64,000 bases of DNA, taken from assembly GCF_964188315.1 (NCBI RefSeq), contig NC_135659.1, positions 49,476,001 to 49,540,000 on the forward strand, read 5' to 3'. The notes beneath the pieces are model-generated. The model ran no database searches, was not told where the DNA came from, and saw only the letters and a program-made list of their open reading frames with translations. The translations under genes and the position numbers were made by a program. Shown here in pieces: positions 14,001-30,242 of the stretch. The stretch is from Podarcis muralis. Its lineage: Eukaryota. Positions within the stretch are counted from its first letter, which is position 1; the number at the start of each line of letters is the position of its first letter.

Positions 14001-16311
14001 AGAAAAGTGCTTTCACACATCACATAGTCATCCCAGGCTTCTGATGCCTGAAAACACCTATTGAGTTTAAAGAATCAGAGTAATCTAGCCCAACCTCTTG
14101 CCAATGCACAATATCTATAGACTGGAGTTATTGATATTAGAATTCCTGACACTCACAGTATTGTGAGCATGCAAAGTAAGAAGTTCCCTCTGATATATGC
14201 ACCACTCAGAGAGGCCAGCAGGCAAATGAGGAGAGTTTAAATTCCCTCTTTCGCTTACTCTTCTTCCTAGAATAACAGGCCCGAGCAAATAAACTGAACG
14301 AAAGCTACTCTCTGGCAAAAGGAACAGAAACAAGTGTAGTTTATTGTTCCTTAATGGAGGCTCAATTAACTTAAATAAAAATAAAACTTCATTAAAGCAT
14401 AGAATCAGAGTTGGGAAGTATCTCAAAGGTCATCTAGCTGCCCCCACCTGCCCCTTGCTGATCAAGGAAAACCATTGCTACCTGGTTTTTTAAGCAGTCT
14501 AGGTGACCACCTAAGGAAGGCAAGCCCACCCCCTTTCTGAGGCCATCTGTTCCACGGATGAATAGCTCATACCATCAGGAAGTCCTTTCCAATGTTCAGC
14601 CAAAATCCTCTTTCATTTAATTTGAACCTGTTAGCTATGGATCAACAGATAAGAAAAACTTTGCTCTACCATCTAAAGTATGTGACTTCAAACATTTGGC
14701 TGTCATGATGCCCCTGAATTATCTCTTCTACAGGTGAACCATATTCAACTCCTTTCCTCATAGTATTTGTTATTTGTGTAAATGCCCACACAGAAATATA
14801 GCAAAGGGGGCGTTATAGGATTTACCTCAATAAAGACTGGGGAACATTGGTTTTTACAAATGGAATTGCTCCTTGATGTTTCAGCACCTGAATGACAACT
14901 GCATCTGTTGCTGCAGGCAGGTTGAGATGCTTCACCAGGCCCAATGTGGAGTCATGGCCCTGGGGTTGGGGTGGGGAAGAGAACAGAGTTAAGATATCTG
15001 GTTCCTACCCCAGATCCTTCAGATATCAAACAGTAATGCTGCCTGCAATATAAGTCACAATGCTCTTTCACATATGAATTGGCTAGTAATATTCCTGATG
15101 ATGGAGAGTTTTATCCATGGAGAAATTTGAAGCGAGTATCAGTTGTATCCAACATGGCTACGTTCATGTCAACATGTACACTAGAAGGCTAACAGGTCAG
15201 TCCCACTGCCACTGTTCAGTAGGGTTTCCCCCCACCCCCCCACAGGATTCTAGCACAGCAATTGGTTTTGTAAAGGAATTGACCCAGCAAAAGATAATGC
15301 CCCACTATGTGCAGGAGGGCATTCGCAACCAAACACATATCTCCTACTACAATGCAACTTGAAAGAGGATCTTCTGCATGTGATGAGGCTGGATACGAAA
15401 GCACATACAAAAGCAATTAGAAGACTGATCATCACATCAAATTATGGAAGCTCCACTATGCAACTGCCATGTCACACTGAAAAACTGCCCCCAAATTAGG
15501 AACAGCACATCATTCTGAATGAATCAGACCCCAAGGAATGGGATCCAAGTAGGGTTGTCATACATCCGGAATTTCCTGGACATACCCAAAATACTGCAGT
15601 CAGAAGCAGCGTCCAGGCAGAAATCGGCAGAAATGTCCAGGAAAATCCAGACGTATGGCGACCCATTATTTGTGCCGCTTTTCCTTAAAAATAGCTTTTA
15701 AAGGTCAACAACTTTGGCCAAAAAGAACAACTTTTGTGCCCTGATTTTCACTTTCTGAAATATGGCAACCTTGGATCCAAGTCTCATTTCTGCAAAAAGT
15801 ATAGATGTCATGCTACAATGCCAATCCCACCCTGCCCCTCAGATTCTGCTAAATAAGAAGTTTGCCTCAGCAATTTTTCTAAGACATGGTTTCTTTACAA
15901 ATTTACTGGTTTGACACATTGTTGCCCATGGCCAAGATTGGTGGTACCTTGCAGTCAATGGAGTCCTTGATGCTGATGGGAATGCCATAGAGCAAACCCT
16001 TCTTCCCCTGACTTTTCACGTGCAGAAGCTGAGACTCACAATCTTCCAGATAATCGGTCACACAGTTGACATCTCTAGTCACTTTCAAGGCCTGTGAAAA
16101 GCAGGAAAAGGCAATCAGTTCAACCCACCTTCTAAGGCTGTCTGTTCTACAGCTTAGTACCTCATATAATCAGGACATACTTCCCAATAGTTAAGTCAAA
16201 ATCCCCTTTTATGTACTTGGGAGTTTGGGTTCTACCCACTGGAATAATAGAAATAAAGTTTCTCCAGCCCAGAGTGGCTGGGGAAATCCAGCCAGATGGG
16301 TGGGGTAGAAA

Positions 16312-16347
<36 letters not shown>

Positions 16348-17732
16348 TCTCCACCATCTATGCAACTTATCAAGTTTAATAAAATGAAATAATGTGTTTG
16401 TGTGAGGGAGAGGGGCTATTGTTTTGTTTTATTATGTATTTTATGCTTTCATTTTGTATTTTGATGTTGTGAACTGCCCTGCTATCTTTGGATGAAGGGC
16501 AGTACCCAAATTTAATTAATAAATAAAAATATTTTAAGACCGCTGTCATATTGCCTCTTAACCATCTATTCTCCTGGCTAAACATAGCAAACTCTTTCAA
16601 CTTTTCCTCATAGGATTGGATCAACAGGCAGTGGCGTAGCGTGGGGGGTGCAGGGGGGGCCAGCCGCAACGGGTGCAACATCTGGGGGTTAGGGTTAGGG
16701 GGCGCAAATCCACGGGTTAGGGGGTGCAAATTACTTGCCTTGCCCCGGGTGCTGACAACCCACGCTACGCCACTGTCAACAGGCCCCTCACTATCCTTGT
16801 CCTCCTCCTCTGGACTCTTTCCAATGAAAGTTACATTTCAAACCAATTGGTTCAGGGTTGGAATGCAAGGGAAATCCATGTTGGCACCCTGAGCTGCAGA
16901 CTGAAGTTCAGGCAAAGGATTTACAGTCTGCTATGTAGCATTTATTTGCTTGAGTGACAAAACCACTTCCGTTCCCGCTGTAGTACTAAGTCCCCAGTGG
17001 CACACAGGGAACAAATTATGTGCAAAACATTTTGAACAATATTGGTGCTATATGAACAACAACAACATAGATGCCCAACACAAAAACCTTCAAGTATTCA
17101 ACATTTGCAAAGCACCTAAAATTTTCTAAGCACTGTACAGGTATTATAATATACATTATACAGTGAGTTTGCAGGCAGGGTCTCATAGCCAAGATACAAG
17201 AAGTGGGCAGGGAAAGAAACTGGGGCAAATAAACAAATCCAGAAAATTGGAGCAGAGTGATTTTTCAGGCAGGGAGCAGGAACACAAGCTCCTAGCAGCT
17301 GTCAATAGACGGGGTCAGTTCCCTTTCACCCTGGATTACCTTGAACAAAGGGCAGTTTACCAGCCAAAACTTCACTCTGTCCATCACATTCCCTTCCCCA
17401 CTCATTTCCCATTGCTTTTGGTGGAATGTCAGCCACACCTCACCTGATCCATGTAGGCATAGAGGACATTCTCAGGTGAGAGTGATCCATCCCTCAGTTT
17501 CCCACAGAGTTCAGGAAGAGCCAAAGACAAGATGGTTTCTGGTTTGTGACCTGGATTCTGAAGGAGAAATAGTAATAATAATAAAAAGTAAAAAAAAATA
17601 TCAAGTCCAGTGTTGTTTTTTTCATGGGGTACGCATACCCCTAAACATTTTGTGAATCTAAGTTTGGCCTTATTGAGGGGCAGTACTTCAATATGAGTAG
17701 GAAAATGAGAGTACCCCTAAACACTGATCGAG

Positions 17733-17784
<52 letters not shown>

Positions 17785-20725
17785 ATCAAACTACATTGCT
17801 GACTCACACCAACTGCTTCTATACTCCCACAACATAAAAGCAAGTACTTGTGTTACAACAGAGCAAGAGGAGGGAGGCTGCTAAAACTATTTTTGTTGCA
17901 CAACCTAACGCAATCCTCTGGAAAGAGTACTTGACTGGATCTGAAGATACTGATCAAAAAACCTGCTTTCAGCAATTCTCAGACACAATTACTCATTGGC
18001 TGGTAACATGGGAGCAGCCTCCTTTGCAAGACTGATTCAGGCTTGACTGCATCCATTGCTTGGATAATAGAAGTGGTACAACTGACAGTGTTAAAGGCCT
18101 TCCAACCAGTGGTGGAGCTACCTGCTCCGGCACTGGGAATGGCATACATCCGGGGGCGTGGCTGGTGTGCGTCCCAGGGGCCGTGGTGCGTGTCCCAGGG
18201 GGTGTGGTGCACATCCCGGGGGCGTGGCTCACCACCCGTGGGGGTGTGGCATGCATCGGGGGGGGGTGCACATTGAGCGGCATGCGTCCCAGGGCATGCG
18301 CGGCGACCATGGGCGTCCCAGGGCGTATGTGGCGAGCACCAAGCATCCCGGGGGGCAGGGGCAGTTGCGATGGCACCCAGGGCGGCCTGCTCCCCCCACC
18401 CCCACCTTCGCCCACCAGTGCTTCCAACACTCCATCACATTAAGATTAACAGCCAGTGGAGCACTTGATGACATGGCCTGATGAATTCCTCTCTTTCTCA
18501 GATCTTGATTGCATGGAGACTGGACTTGTTGTGGCCACATTGTTTCTTCACTGTTTCTTCCATTGCGCTCTGGGACAGGCAGGTGGCTTGCATTTCAGGG
18601 TCTTGTACTGTCCTAACCACGCTTAGTGAGGGAGTCACACTCACTCCAAGGCCACTTGTTGAGTGGAACAGTGGTTGGGGTGGCCCACACTTCCTCCCCA
18701 CTCTCCCCGCCCCACAACTGAGCACTTATGGTTGAATTTGCAACCATATGTTTAACACGCGTAAGATGTGATTGTGCTGTACCTCTGAAAGTACACTGGG
18801 AACTTTCCAGTTCTTCAACCTAAGCTTTCTTGAGCTTGAAATCTACAACATACTTAAAAAATCATCATCATCAGCGTTGTGTAATGGTTGGAGTAGGACC
18901 ATGGAGACTAAATTTCAAATCTCAATTCACTCAGGAAGCTCACTGAGCAAGTCACTTTCTCTCAATCTATTTTGAACTGTTAATTAAATAAATCCAAGCC
19001 TTTGATTGGATTGTGACACCTCAGTCACCAGCCCAGCCCTACTCACATAAGTTTAGCAAGCAAAACTTTCTTCACCATCATTCTACCACATTTCAGTGCT
19101 TGGCTGTTCTTAATACCACAAACCATGGTAAAGGACCCCTGGACCGTAAAATCCAGTCAAAGGTTACTATGGGGTGCGGCGCTCATCTTGCTTCAGCTGA
19201 GGGAGCCAGCGTTTGTCCACATACAGCTTTCCAGGTCATGTGGCCAGCATGACTAAACCGCTTCTGGTGCAATGGGACACCGTGAGGAGTGCCAGAGTGC
19301 ACGGAAACGCTGTTTACCTTCTTGCCACAGCGGGACCTATTTATCTACTTGCACTGGCGTGCTTTCGAACTGCTAGGTTGGCAGGAGCTGGGACAGAGCA
19401 ACAGGAACTCACCCCATTGTGCGGATTTCAACCGCCAACCTTCCGATCGGCAAGCCAAAGAGGCTCAGTGGTTTAGACCACAGCCCCACCCGCTCCCACC
19501 ACAAAAAACCATGGCAGCAGAGGCAAATACAGTGGTACCTCGGGTTATGTACTTAATTCGTTCCAGAGGTCTGTTCTTAACCTGAAACTGTTCTTAACCT
19601 GAAGCACCACTTTAGCTAATGGCGCCTCCTGCTGCTGCCGCGCCGCCAGAGCACGATTTCTGTTCTCATCCTGAAGCAAAGTTCTTAACCTGAAACACCT
19701 GAAACACTATTTCTGGGTTAGCGAAGCCTATAACCTGAAGCGTATGTAACCTGAAGCGTATGTAACCCGAGGTACCACTGTAGATTTCTGCAGGCACAAG
19801 CTTTTGTAGACTAAAGTTCACACTTAACATGCTTGTGTCTGGAAGTTGCCACAAAGTACATGGTAATGAGTCAAGATCAATCTAGTGGGACGTACTTCTG
19901 CCCACAAATGCTGTTGCACAGAACAGAGTCCATACAGCTTCTCTCTCTGCCACAGCACTGTGAAAAGGCACAGCTCCCTTTTAGGAACCCTTAAAGCACG
20001 GGCAAGCAGAATCAATCTGGGGGCCGCCATCCCCTTCTGGGGGCCACGTACCAGTGGTGCACAGATTCAGAAGTTAAAGTGAGCAGAGCAATGCATGTAA
20101 AAATTGCTTTCATACAGCAGGCTAGTTTCAGCGCGCAACACACAGACACACCCCTTCTCCATCTTCCATCCAGGAAAAGTAATTGAATATCAGAGTCCAA
20201 GGACACCTTGCAACGGAGGAAGGAGAAAATCGCGCACACAAACACTCAATGAGATGCTGAAATAGGGCCAGAAGAGGGAGCGGCTGGGAAGAAGGAGGCT
20301 TGGTGTGTGCATTCACACACACACTGAGGACAGAGGCTTCTCACCACAGCCTTAAAGTTACAGGAGGAACCTTCGACGTTAGGGCTGCAGCTGGCTTTGC
20401 CCCGTGACCCTCCAGGGAGACAAAGCCAGCCGGTCTTTGCGCTTCGGGGGTTTTCCGACGACCCTTGCTCGGTGCCTCCAGCTGTCCCGTCCCCCCCCCC
20501 CCCGGCAGGAATCAGGTGCGCTCCGCGAGTAGCCGCTTCCAGCCCGACGCCACCTACCTGCTCTTTGAACTTTCGGGCAGCTTTTAGCATTCGCTCTAGC
20601 GCGCGCTCTCGCCTTTCTTTCGCCTCTTCCACCTTCCTCTGGACTTTCCTCCTCCGCCGCCATCTCAGCAGGAGCACCGTCGCCGCCGAGCAGCACAAGA
20701 GAGCAGAGACGAGACTGACGCTCAT
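2095..20725 (-). CDS. FAAH: Fatty-acid amide hydrolase 1 (amidase-signature family), 15 exons, 573 aa
   Basis: Exons (minus strand, all GT-AG, phases consistent): 20558-20725, 17444-17557, 15948-16091, 14826-14959, 12529-12735, 11892-11932, 11131-11255, 9674-9799, 8834-8931, 7676-7775, 7214-7254, 6099-6138, 4725-4833, 2326-2471, 2095-2223; total 1722 nt. Catalytic triad motifs ISIKD, PGGSSGGEG and TDIGGSIR are intact, with C-terminal GLPVAVQCIALPWQDELCLRFM. An in-frame TAG upstream of the ATG fixes the start. Position next to NSUN4 matches FAAH; orthology versus paralogy to mammalian FAAH was not tested. Confidence 0.93.
3275..3403. mobile_element. Palindromic hAT-type MITE, degenerate copy
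   Basis: Core CAACTCCCATCA...ATGGGAGTTGTAGTCC...CATCTGGAGGG is shared with the copies at 26332, 29671, 49061 and 52128. Confidence 0.65.
3561..3800 (+). mobile_element. Possible LTR fragment (Gypsy/ERV-type) in FAAH intron 13
   Basis: Begins TGTTACGG and contains CCAAT-like boxes, a TATA-like TTAAAGG and a CTCTCTCTTTT tract, as in LTR U3/R regions. No second LTR or TSD was identified. Confidence 0.3.
8025..8265. mobile_element. Tc1/mariner (Tigger-like) MITE
   Basis: TIRs CAGTGGTACCTC...GAGGTACCACTG flanked by TA on both sides. Confidence 0.85.
8460..8549 (+). repeat. LINE/SINE 3' tail ending in an (ATT)n microsatellite
   Basis: CCAGAGTGGCTGGG...CCAGATGGG...(ATT)n; the same tail recurs at about 16262-16348. 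Confidence 0.6.
12865..13480. mobile_element. L2-type LINE 3' fragments
   Basis: TTTATTT...CAAGCGGTTTACAAAA...GGCAGGGAGTTCCA motifs, typical of squamate L2 3' ends read in reverse. Recognised from memory; boundaries approximate. Confidence 0.5.
14398..14760 (-). mobile_element. CR1 LINE 3' fragment
   Basis: CATAGAATCAGAGTTGGGAAG...GGTCATCTAG...AGGAAGTCCTTTCCAATGTTCAGCC pattern of CR1 3' ends. Confidence 0.6.
16540..16830 (-). mobile_element. CR1 LINE fragment interrupted by a MITE
   Basis: CTCCTGGCTAAACATAGC...CTCATAGG | CCCCTCACTATCCTTGTCCTCCTCCTCTGGAC is continuous CR1 sequence once 16629-16775 is removed. Confidence 0.55.
16629..16775. mobile_element. 147-bp hAT-type MITE, young
   Basis: Perfect 17-bp TIRs CAGTGGCGTAGCGTGGG/CCCACGCTACGCCACTG and a perfect 8-bp TSD TCAACAGG (16621-16628, 16776-16783). 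Confidence 0.92.
17737..17780. repeat. (AT)n microsatellite
   Basis: Uninterrupted AT dinucleotide run of about 44 bp. Confidence 0.97.
18107..18420. mobile_element. GC-rich hAT-type MITE with internal degenerate tandem repeats
   Basis: Perfect 8-bp TSD CTTCCAAC (18099-18106, 18421-18428). Left end is CAGTGGTGGAGCTA; the right end is degenerate. The interior has repeated CCCGGGGGCGTGGC / GCGTCCCAGGG units. Confidence 0.8.
19127..19498 (-). mobile_element. Sauria SINE (near full length)
   Basis: GGTAAAGGACCCCT...GGTCATGTGGCCAGCATGAC...CCTATTTATCTACTTGCAC...GCTTTCGAACTGCTAGGTTGGCAGGAGC, characteristic of the lepidosaur Sauria SINE. Confidence 0.88.
19530..19780. mobile_element. Tc1/mariner (Tigger-like) MITE, major family
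   Basis: TIRs CAGTGGTACCTCGGGTTA, TA TSDs and internal TTAACCTGAAGC repeats. Confidence 0.9.
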
Positions 20726-21060
20726 CCTCTTCAGCGTCCCGCGCGGCTACTGCTTCGTCCGCTACCTCCGCAGCCAGCTGACAGCTCCGGAAGGCGCGGC
20801 CTCCGCAAAGGGCGGAAACTGGATTCAGGGGCTTGGACTCCCACACGGATTTCTCCAAACGCGGCGCCCCGGAAACGCATTCTATTTTCATGCCTTCCTC
20901 CTACCCGCACCGTCAAAATCCGGGTTTCCCGGATATACAGTGCTGCTGCCCGAGAACCCCCACTTGCGATTTAGAAAGGGACAAGTTTCTGGTCCGTAAC
21001 GCGGCGGAGGATGGGAAGCTCTGGTGGCTGAGCGAGGGTTGCCACACGCCAAAGAGGACG
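20380..21060. promoter_or_regulatory. CpG island over the FAAH promoter and exon 1
   Basis: High GC and CpG density around the ATG at 20725, against a CpG-poor background. Confidence 0.8.
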
Positions 21061-21279
21061 GGGCTCCTGCGCCTTTAATAGTTGGGAAGAAGGAGGGATG
21101 TCAGCCGGTGTAACTCGCGTGACAAGCCCCAGAAGCTGATTTTCTTCCTTCTACATTAAAGGTGCAGCAACCCCGGCCCCTTCTCCTCCCCTGGTCATGA
21201 GAATGAGCGTAGTCTTTTGCTCATCTAACTTTCCCCAGCTATGTAGACGTCCTATGCATCCTAGAGGTAAGGTCTACGA

Positions 21280-21606
21280 CAGGGGTCAGCAAACTTTCAG
21301 CAGGGGGCCGGTCCACTATCCCTCAAACCTTGTGGGGGGGGGGGGGCAGGACTATATTTTTTTTGGGGGGGGGGGATGAACGAATTCCTATGCCCGACAA
21401 ATAATCCAGAGATGCATTTTAAATAAAAGCACACATTCTACTCATGTAAAAACAGCAGGCCCTGCAAATAACCCAGAGATGCATTTTAAATAAAAGGACA
21501 CATTGTACTCATGTAAAAACACGCTGATTTCAGGACCGTCTGTGGGCCGGATTGAGAAGGCCATTGGGCTGGATCCAGCCCCCAGGCCTTAGTTTGCCTA
21601 CCCATG
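21280..21606. mobile_element. hAT (Buster/Charlie-type) MITE
   Basis: Ends CAGGGGTCAGCAAACT / AGTTTGCCTACCCATG; TSD GTCTACGA/ATCTACGA (7/8). It has an internal direct duplication of CCAGAGATGCATTTTAAATAAAAG. Confidence 0.85.
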
Positions 21607-21744
21607 ATCTACGATGTACAGTGGAGAAGTGAACTTCACAGGTGTGTATAGCAGTGGTTCCTGATCAGCCAAGTACTGTGGACCCCATTTTTCAAAAGCC
21701 AAGCCATGGACTTTGAAAAAATATATATTTCTTTTTTAAAAAAT

Positions 21745-23215
21745 ATTTTTTATTATTTTTAGCATACAAAATTTATTAAGACATACCACACAAATTATTA
21801 TACATATGTCCTTGTTTGGACTTCCTTCAGCATCTCTGATAGCCTTCCGTCTTGATTATTTCTCCTGCAATTCTTAACTTAATATTGCCTTTACCTTTTC
21901 TAACAAATCATTTCCCCCTTTCCATTTTTACAATATTTCTTAAGTTACTCCTCACAGAACTTCTTGTAGTCCTACAAACGTAATCTGATCATCACAAATA
22001 CTTTTCAAATACTCAGTAAATTTAGTCCAGTCTTCGGTAAACCTCTGGTCCCGCCGGTCTCGGATCCTTCCTGTTAGTTTGTCTAATTCAGTGTTTCCCA
22101 ACCTTTTTTGGGCAAAGGCACACTTGTTTCATGAAAAAAATCTCGAGGCACACCACCATTACAGCCCCGTGACGTCAGCGCGCAGCGTCACGCCGGGAGG
22201 GACGCACGAAAGTGTAAGTTTCAATTTCCCCCCCTCCCCCTTGCCTTCCTTCTGTGCCAACCGCCAAAAAGCCAAGAAAAAAGCCAAGACTTTAGGGCAG
22301 CAGGTCGACACGGAAGAAGCTCCTACCTAAGGACAGGTGCGACGGCCGTGTCCTCTTCTGCCACACTTGGCAGCCCTGCCTCACGGTTGTGACTCCCACC
22401 CTGATTTCTCCCCGCAGGTCGAGCGGCACAGGCAGCCCAATGTGTCCAGCCCAGACACAAGCCCCGCTTCCCCACTCTAGATCCTGAATGCGACCAAGTG
22501 CTCTGGACTCCCGAGCAGGGTGGGAAAGAGGACTCGCATCTGGTAGCCTCCGGGCTCCTCGCCTGCTCGAGGGATGGCATTGCAGGCAAGCTGCCGGCCG
22601 TTGCCATCGCCGCCCCCTCATGCGAGTGGACCTGCCCGGAGTGGTGGGCCGGGGGAGGCTCGCTCTCTGTGGGGATGTGGCCCGCACGCGCGGCCCCGCT
22701 TCCTCCTGCCCAGGGCTGAGCTCCTTACCCGCGATCTCGGTCTCGCGCACGCGGATCCCAATTATTCTGAAGCTCGCGCCACTAGCCGGGGCTCTCACAC
22801 CGTGCCAGGGCGAGGCGGCGTGGCCCACTGACGTCATCACGGCTCGCCGCCGCCCTCGACTTCCCTGTTCCCTCCCCTCCCTCGGGTCGCCGTGGTTACC
22901 GAGGACTGCAAGCTGCTCAGGCGAGCGTGGGGCATTAAGTGGGAGAAGGAAAATTAAAATTAAAACTCGCCTGAAGGCCGCCTCTCCGGATATCTTTCGA
23001 ATTTTTTAATTTTTCCCGCGGCACACCAGGCAACTTCTCGCGGCACACTAGTGTGCCGCGGAACACCGGTTGGGATACACTGGTCTAATTCTGCGTAGTC
23101 CCATCAATTTCAACCTCCATTCTTCTAATATTGGTAGTTCTTCTTGCTTCCATTTTTGGGCCAATAATATTCTTGCTGCTGTTAACAGCAGAAAAATATA
23201 TATATTTCTATGGTA
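21745..23215 (-). mobile_element. 5'-truncated L1-clade LINE 3' end, split by a hAT insertion
   Basis: Rejoining across 22089-23082 gives LLTAARILLAQKWKQEELPILEEWRLKLM/(1-nt frameshift)DYAELDKLTGRIRDRRDQRFTEDWTKFTEYLKSICDDQITFVGLQEVL*, with TGA at 21952-21954, then a 3' UTR and A-rich tail. It resembles the C-terminus of non-mammalian L1 ORF2. Confidence 0.75.
22089..23082. mobile_element. 994-bp non-autonomous hAT element, CpG-rich
   Basis: TIRs CAGTGTTTCCCAACC / GGTTGGGATACACTG and a perfect TSD GTCTAATT (22081-22088, 23083-23090). No transposase motifs in its ORFs. Confidence 0.93.
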
Positions 23216-23589
23216 CCTTTTGTTATGTGAATGGTGCAACGGACCCCTAGGATCTGTAGACCACCAATTGGAAACCACTGGGTTGTGTGTATGATCCACA
23301 TAATGCAGCCCCTCTACACTTCCAAACGTAGCATGCTGAATTCTGCCAAAAAGATACGCACCAAGAATACATGAAAGCTGAAAGCATGCTAATTAACCAC
23401 TTTACATTTTTTTTCCCTGGCATCTGATTGCCACTTTCTGGTTTTCAACATGTCTTGGATTCCATCATAAACACTTTCAAAGTAATATGTTTGTAAAAGC
23501 ACAATGTGTACTAGAACTAACATTTTAATATACCATTGTTTTATCTTTGTAACCAAGCCTTTTTAAGAAATGTCCACCAAAAGGTTATA

Positions 23590-23807
23590 CAGTGGTACCT
23601 TGGGTTACAGACGCTTCAGGTTACAAACTCCGCTAACCCAGAAATAGTACCTTGGGTTAAGAACTTTGCTTCAGGATAAGAACAGAAATTGTGCTCCAGC
23701 AGCGCAAGGCCCCATTAGCTAAAGTGGTACCTCCTCAGGTTAAGAACAGTTTCAAGTTAAGAACGAACCTCCAAAACAAATTAAGTTCTTAACCCGAGGT
23801 ACCACTG
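23590..23807. mobile_element. Tc1/mariner (Tigger-like) MITE, major family (reverse orientation)
   Basis: TIRs CAGTGGTACCT / AGGTACCACTG with TA TSDs. Confidence 0.9.
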
Positions 23808-24836
23808 TATTCCTGGTTTGAGCCACACTTCCACTGTCTAGCAACCAACATCCACCCTCACCTTGATCAGAAGTCAAAATAATAATAGTTAAGAATGGAA
23901 AAATTATTTCAAGGAAAAATTCTTACGTCTCACTGACCCCTAAATAACAAAACAGGCTGATGGCTGGACAGATTAAAAAACAGGAATCTTATCCTGTCTA
24001 GCTGCTAAATTTTGAAACAAAACTTGGCTAAGAACCCCCCCACCAACACACACACGATGCTTCAATTATGTCCAAACCAGTCCAGTCCAATGCTGAGAAA
24101 TACATGGGCAGGCCTGCCAGCAATGCACTGCTTCTTCCAGCCTCTCTAGTATGAACAGCACCAGCCTGAACTCCCGGGGAGGCTGGAGGACTTTCCTCTG
24201 AAAATACATGCAATAAATTTGATGGTGCAGCCATGTCTAAGATTCCAATCACATCATGTATATCTTCTTTCCTGCAGTAGCCATTGGTTGCAAAGGTCTT
24301 AAGTGGCGGTTGAGCAGCCTATTAAGTCATTATGGACAGGAAGAAAGTATTTGTATCTTCACCCAAACACAGGGTCTAGATCAGGTAGTCAGTTCTCAGA
24401 AAAGCTTAGTGAACATTTAGAAAATGGACACTCCAACAACATATGTCTAATATGCAAGAGGAACTCTGCAAGGTGCACACTAGTCTTCCTCCTCCTGCGA
24501 AGTTTGTGTAAAGTATGCAAACAGATTTTTTTTTAGAATTTTTGCAAATTTTTATTCTGTGCTTTTGGGATCATACTCTTCTATCTCTTGAGTGGTTTAC
24601 ATTCCACTTGCAGCATATGGGCTTATGTAAAAAAAAATATTCCTATGCAGCCAATATACATGGCAGAAATCATGGGTTGTATTCAATGATAGCTGCACAC
24701 ATCAAAGGCTTGTACACATGACTTCCACCCATCTGTGGAGGGAAGAGTTTGTTTGGTAGCAACCACATACAGTGAGTAATGTGAGGTTTTTTTTAATAGC
24801 ACACAGGTGTGGGGTCAATTAAGCAAAATGCTTGTT

Positions 24837-24866
24837 TTTATTGCAAGCTGCATCATAGTCTTTATT
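24837..24866 (-). terminator. Candidate NSUN4 polyadenylation signals (two AATAAA)
   Basis: The plus strand reads TTTATT at 24837-24842 and 24861-24866, about 70-100 nt past the stop codon. Confidence 0.5.
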
Positions 24867-24935
24867 CAAAAAGACAGGTGTCAAAGGGAAGTTGAAAATA
24901 TCCCAGGACACTTTTCGTGCCATGCCATGCCCTTT

Positions 24936-30242
<5,307 letters not shown>

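Noticed and set aside
17993-18540. 100-145 aa ORFs in several frames
   Set aside because: They arise from the GC-rich repetitive interior of the MITE at 18107-18420.
18498-18725. ORF with KKQCGHN, faintly like ribosomal protein L40
   Set aside because: Similarity is limited to a few residues; no poly(A) tail or TSD of a processed pseudogene.
20246-20999. Overlapping 159-200 aa ORFs around FAAH exon 1
   Set aside because: Stop-poor GC-rich island. Only the first 56 codons of 20246-20725 are coding; the rest is intron read-through or shadow frames.
22292-23009. 173-182 aa ORFs inside the hAT element
   Set aside because: Arg/Pro/Ala-rich products of GC-rich DNA, with no hAT transposase (BED finger, DDE, dimerisation) motifs.
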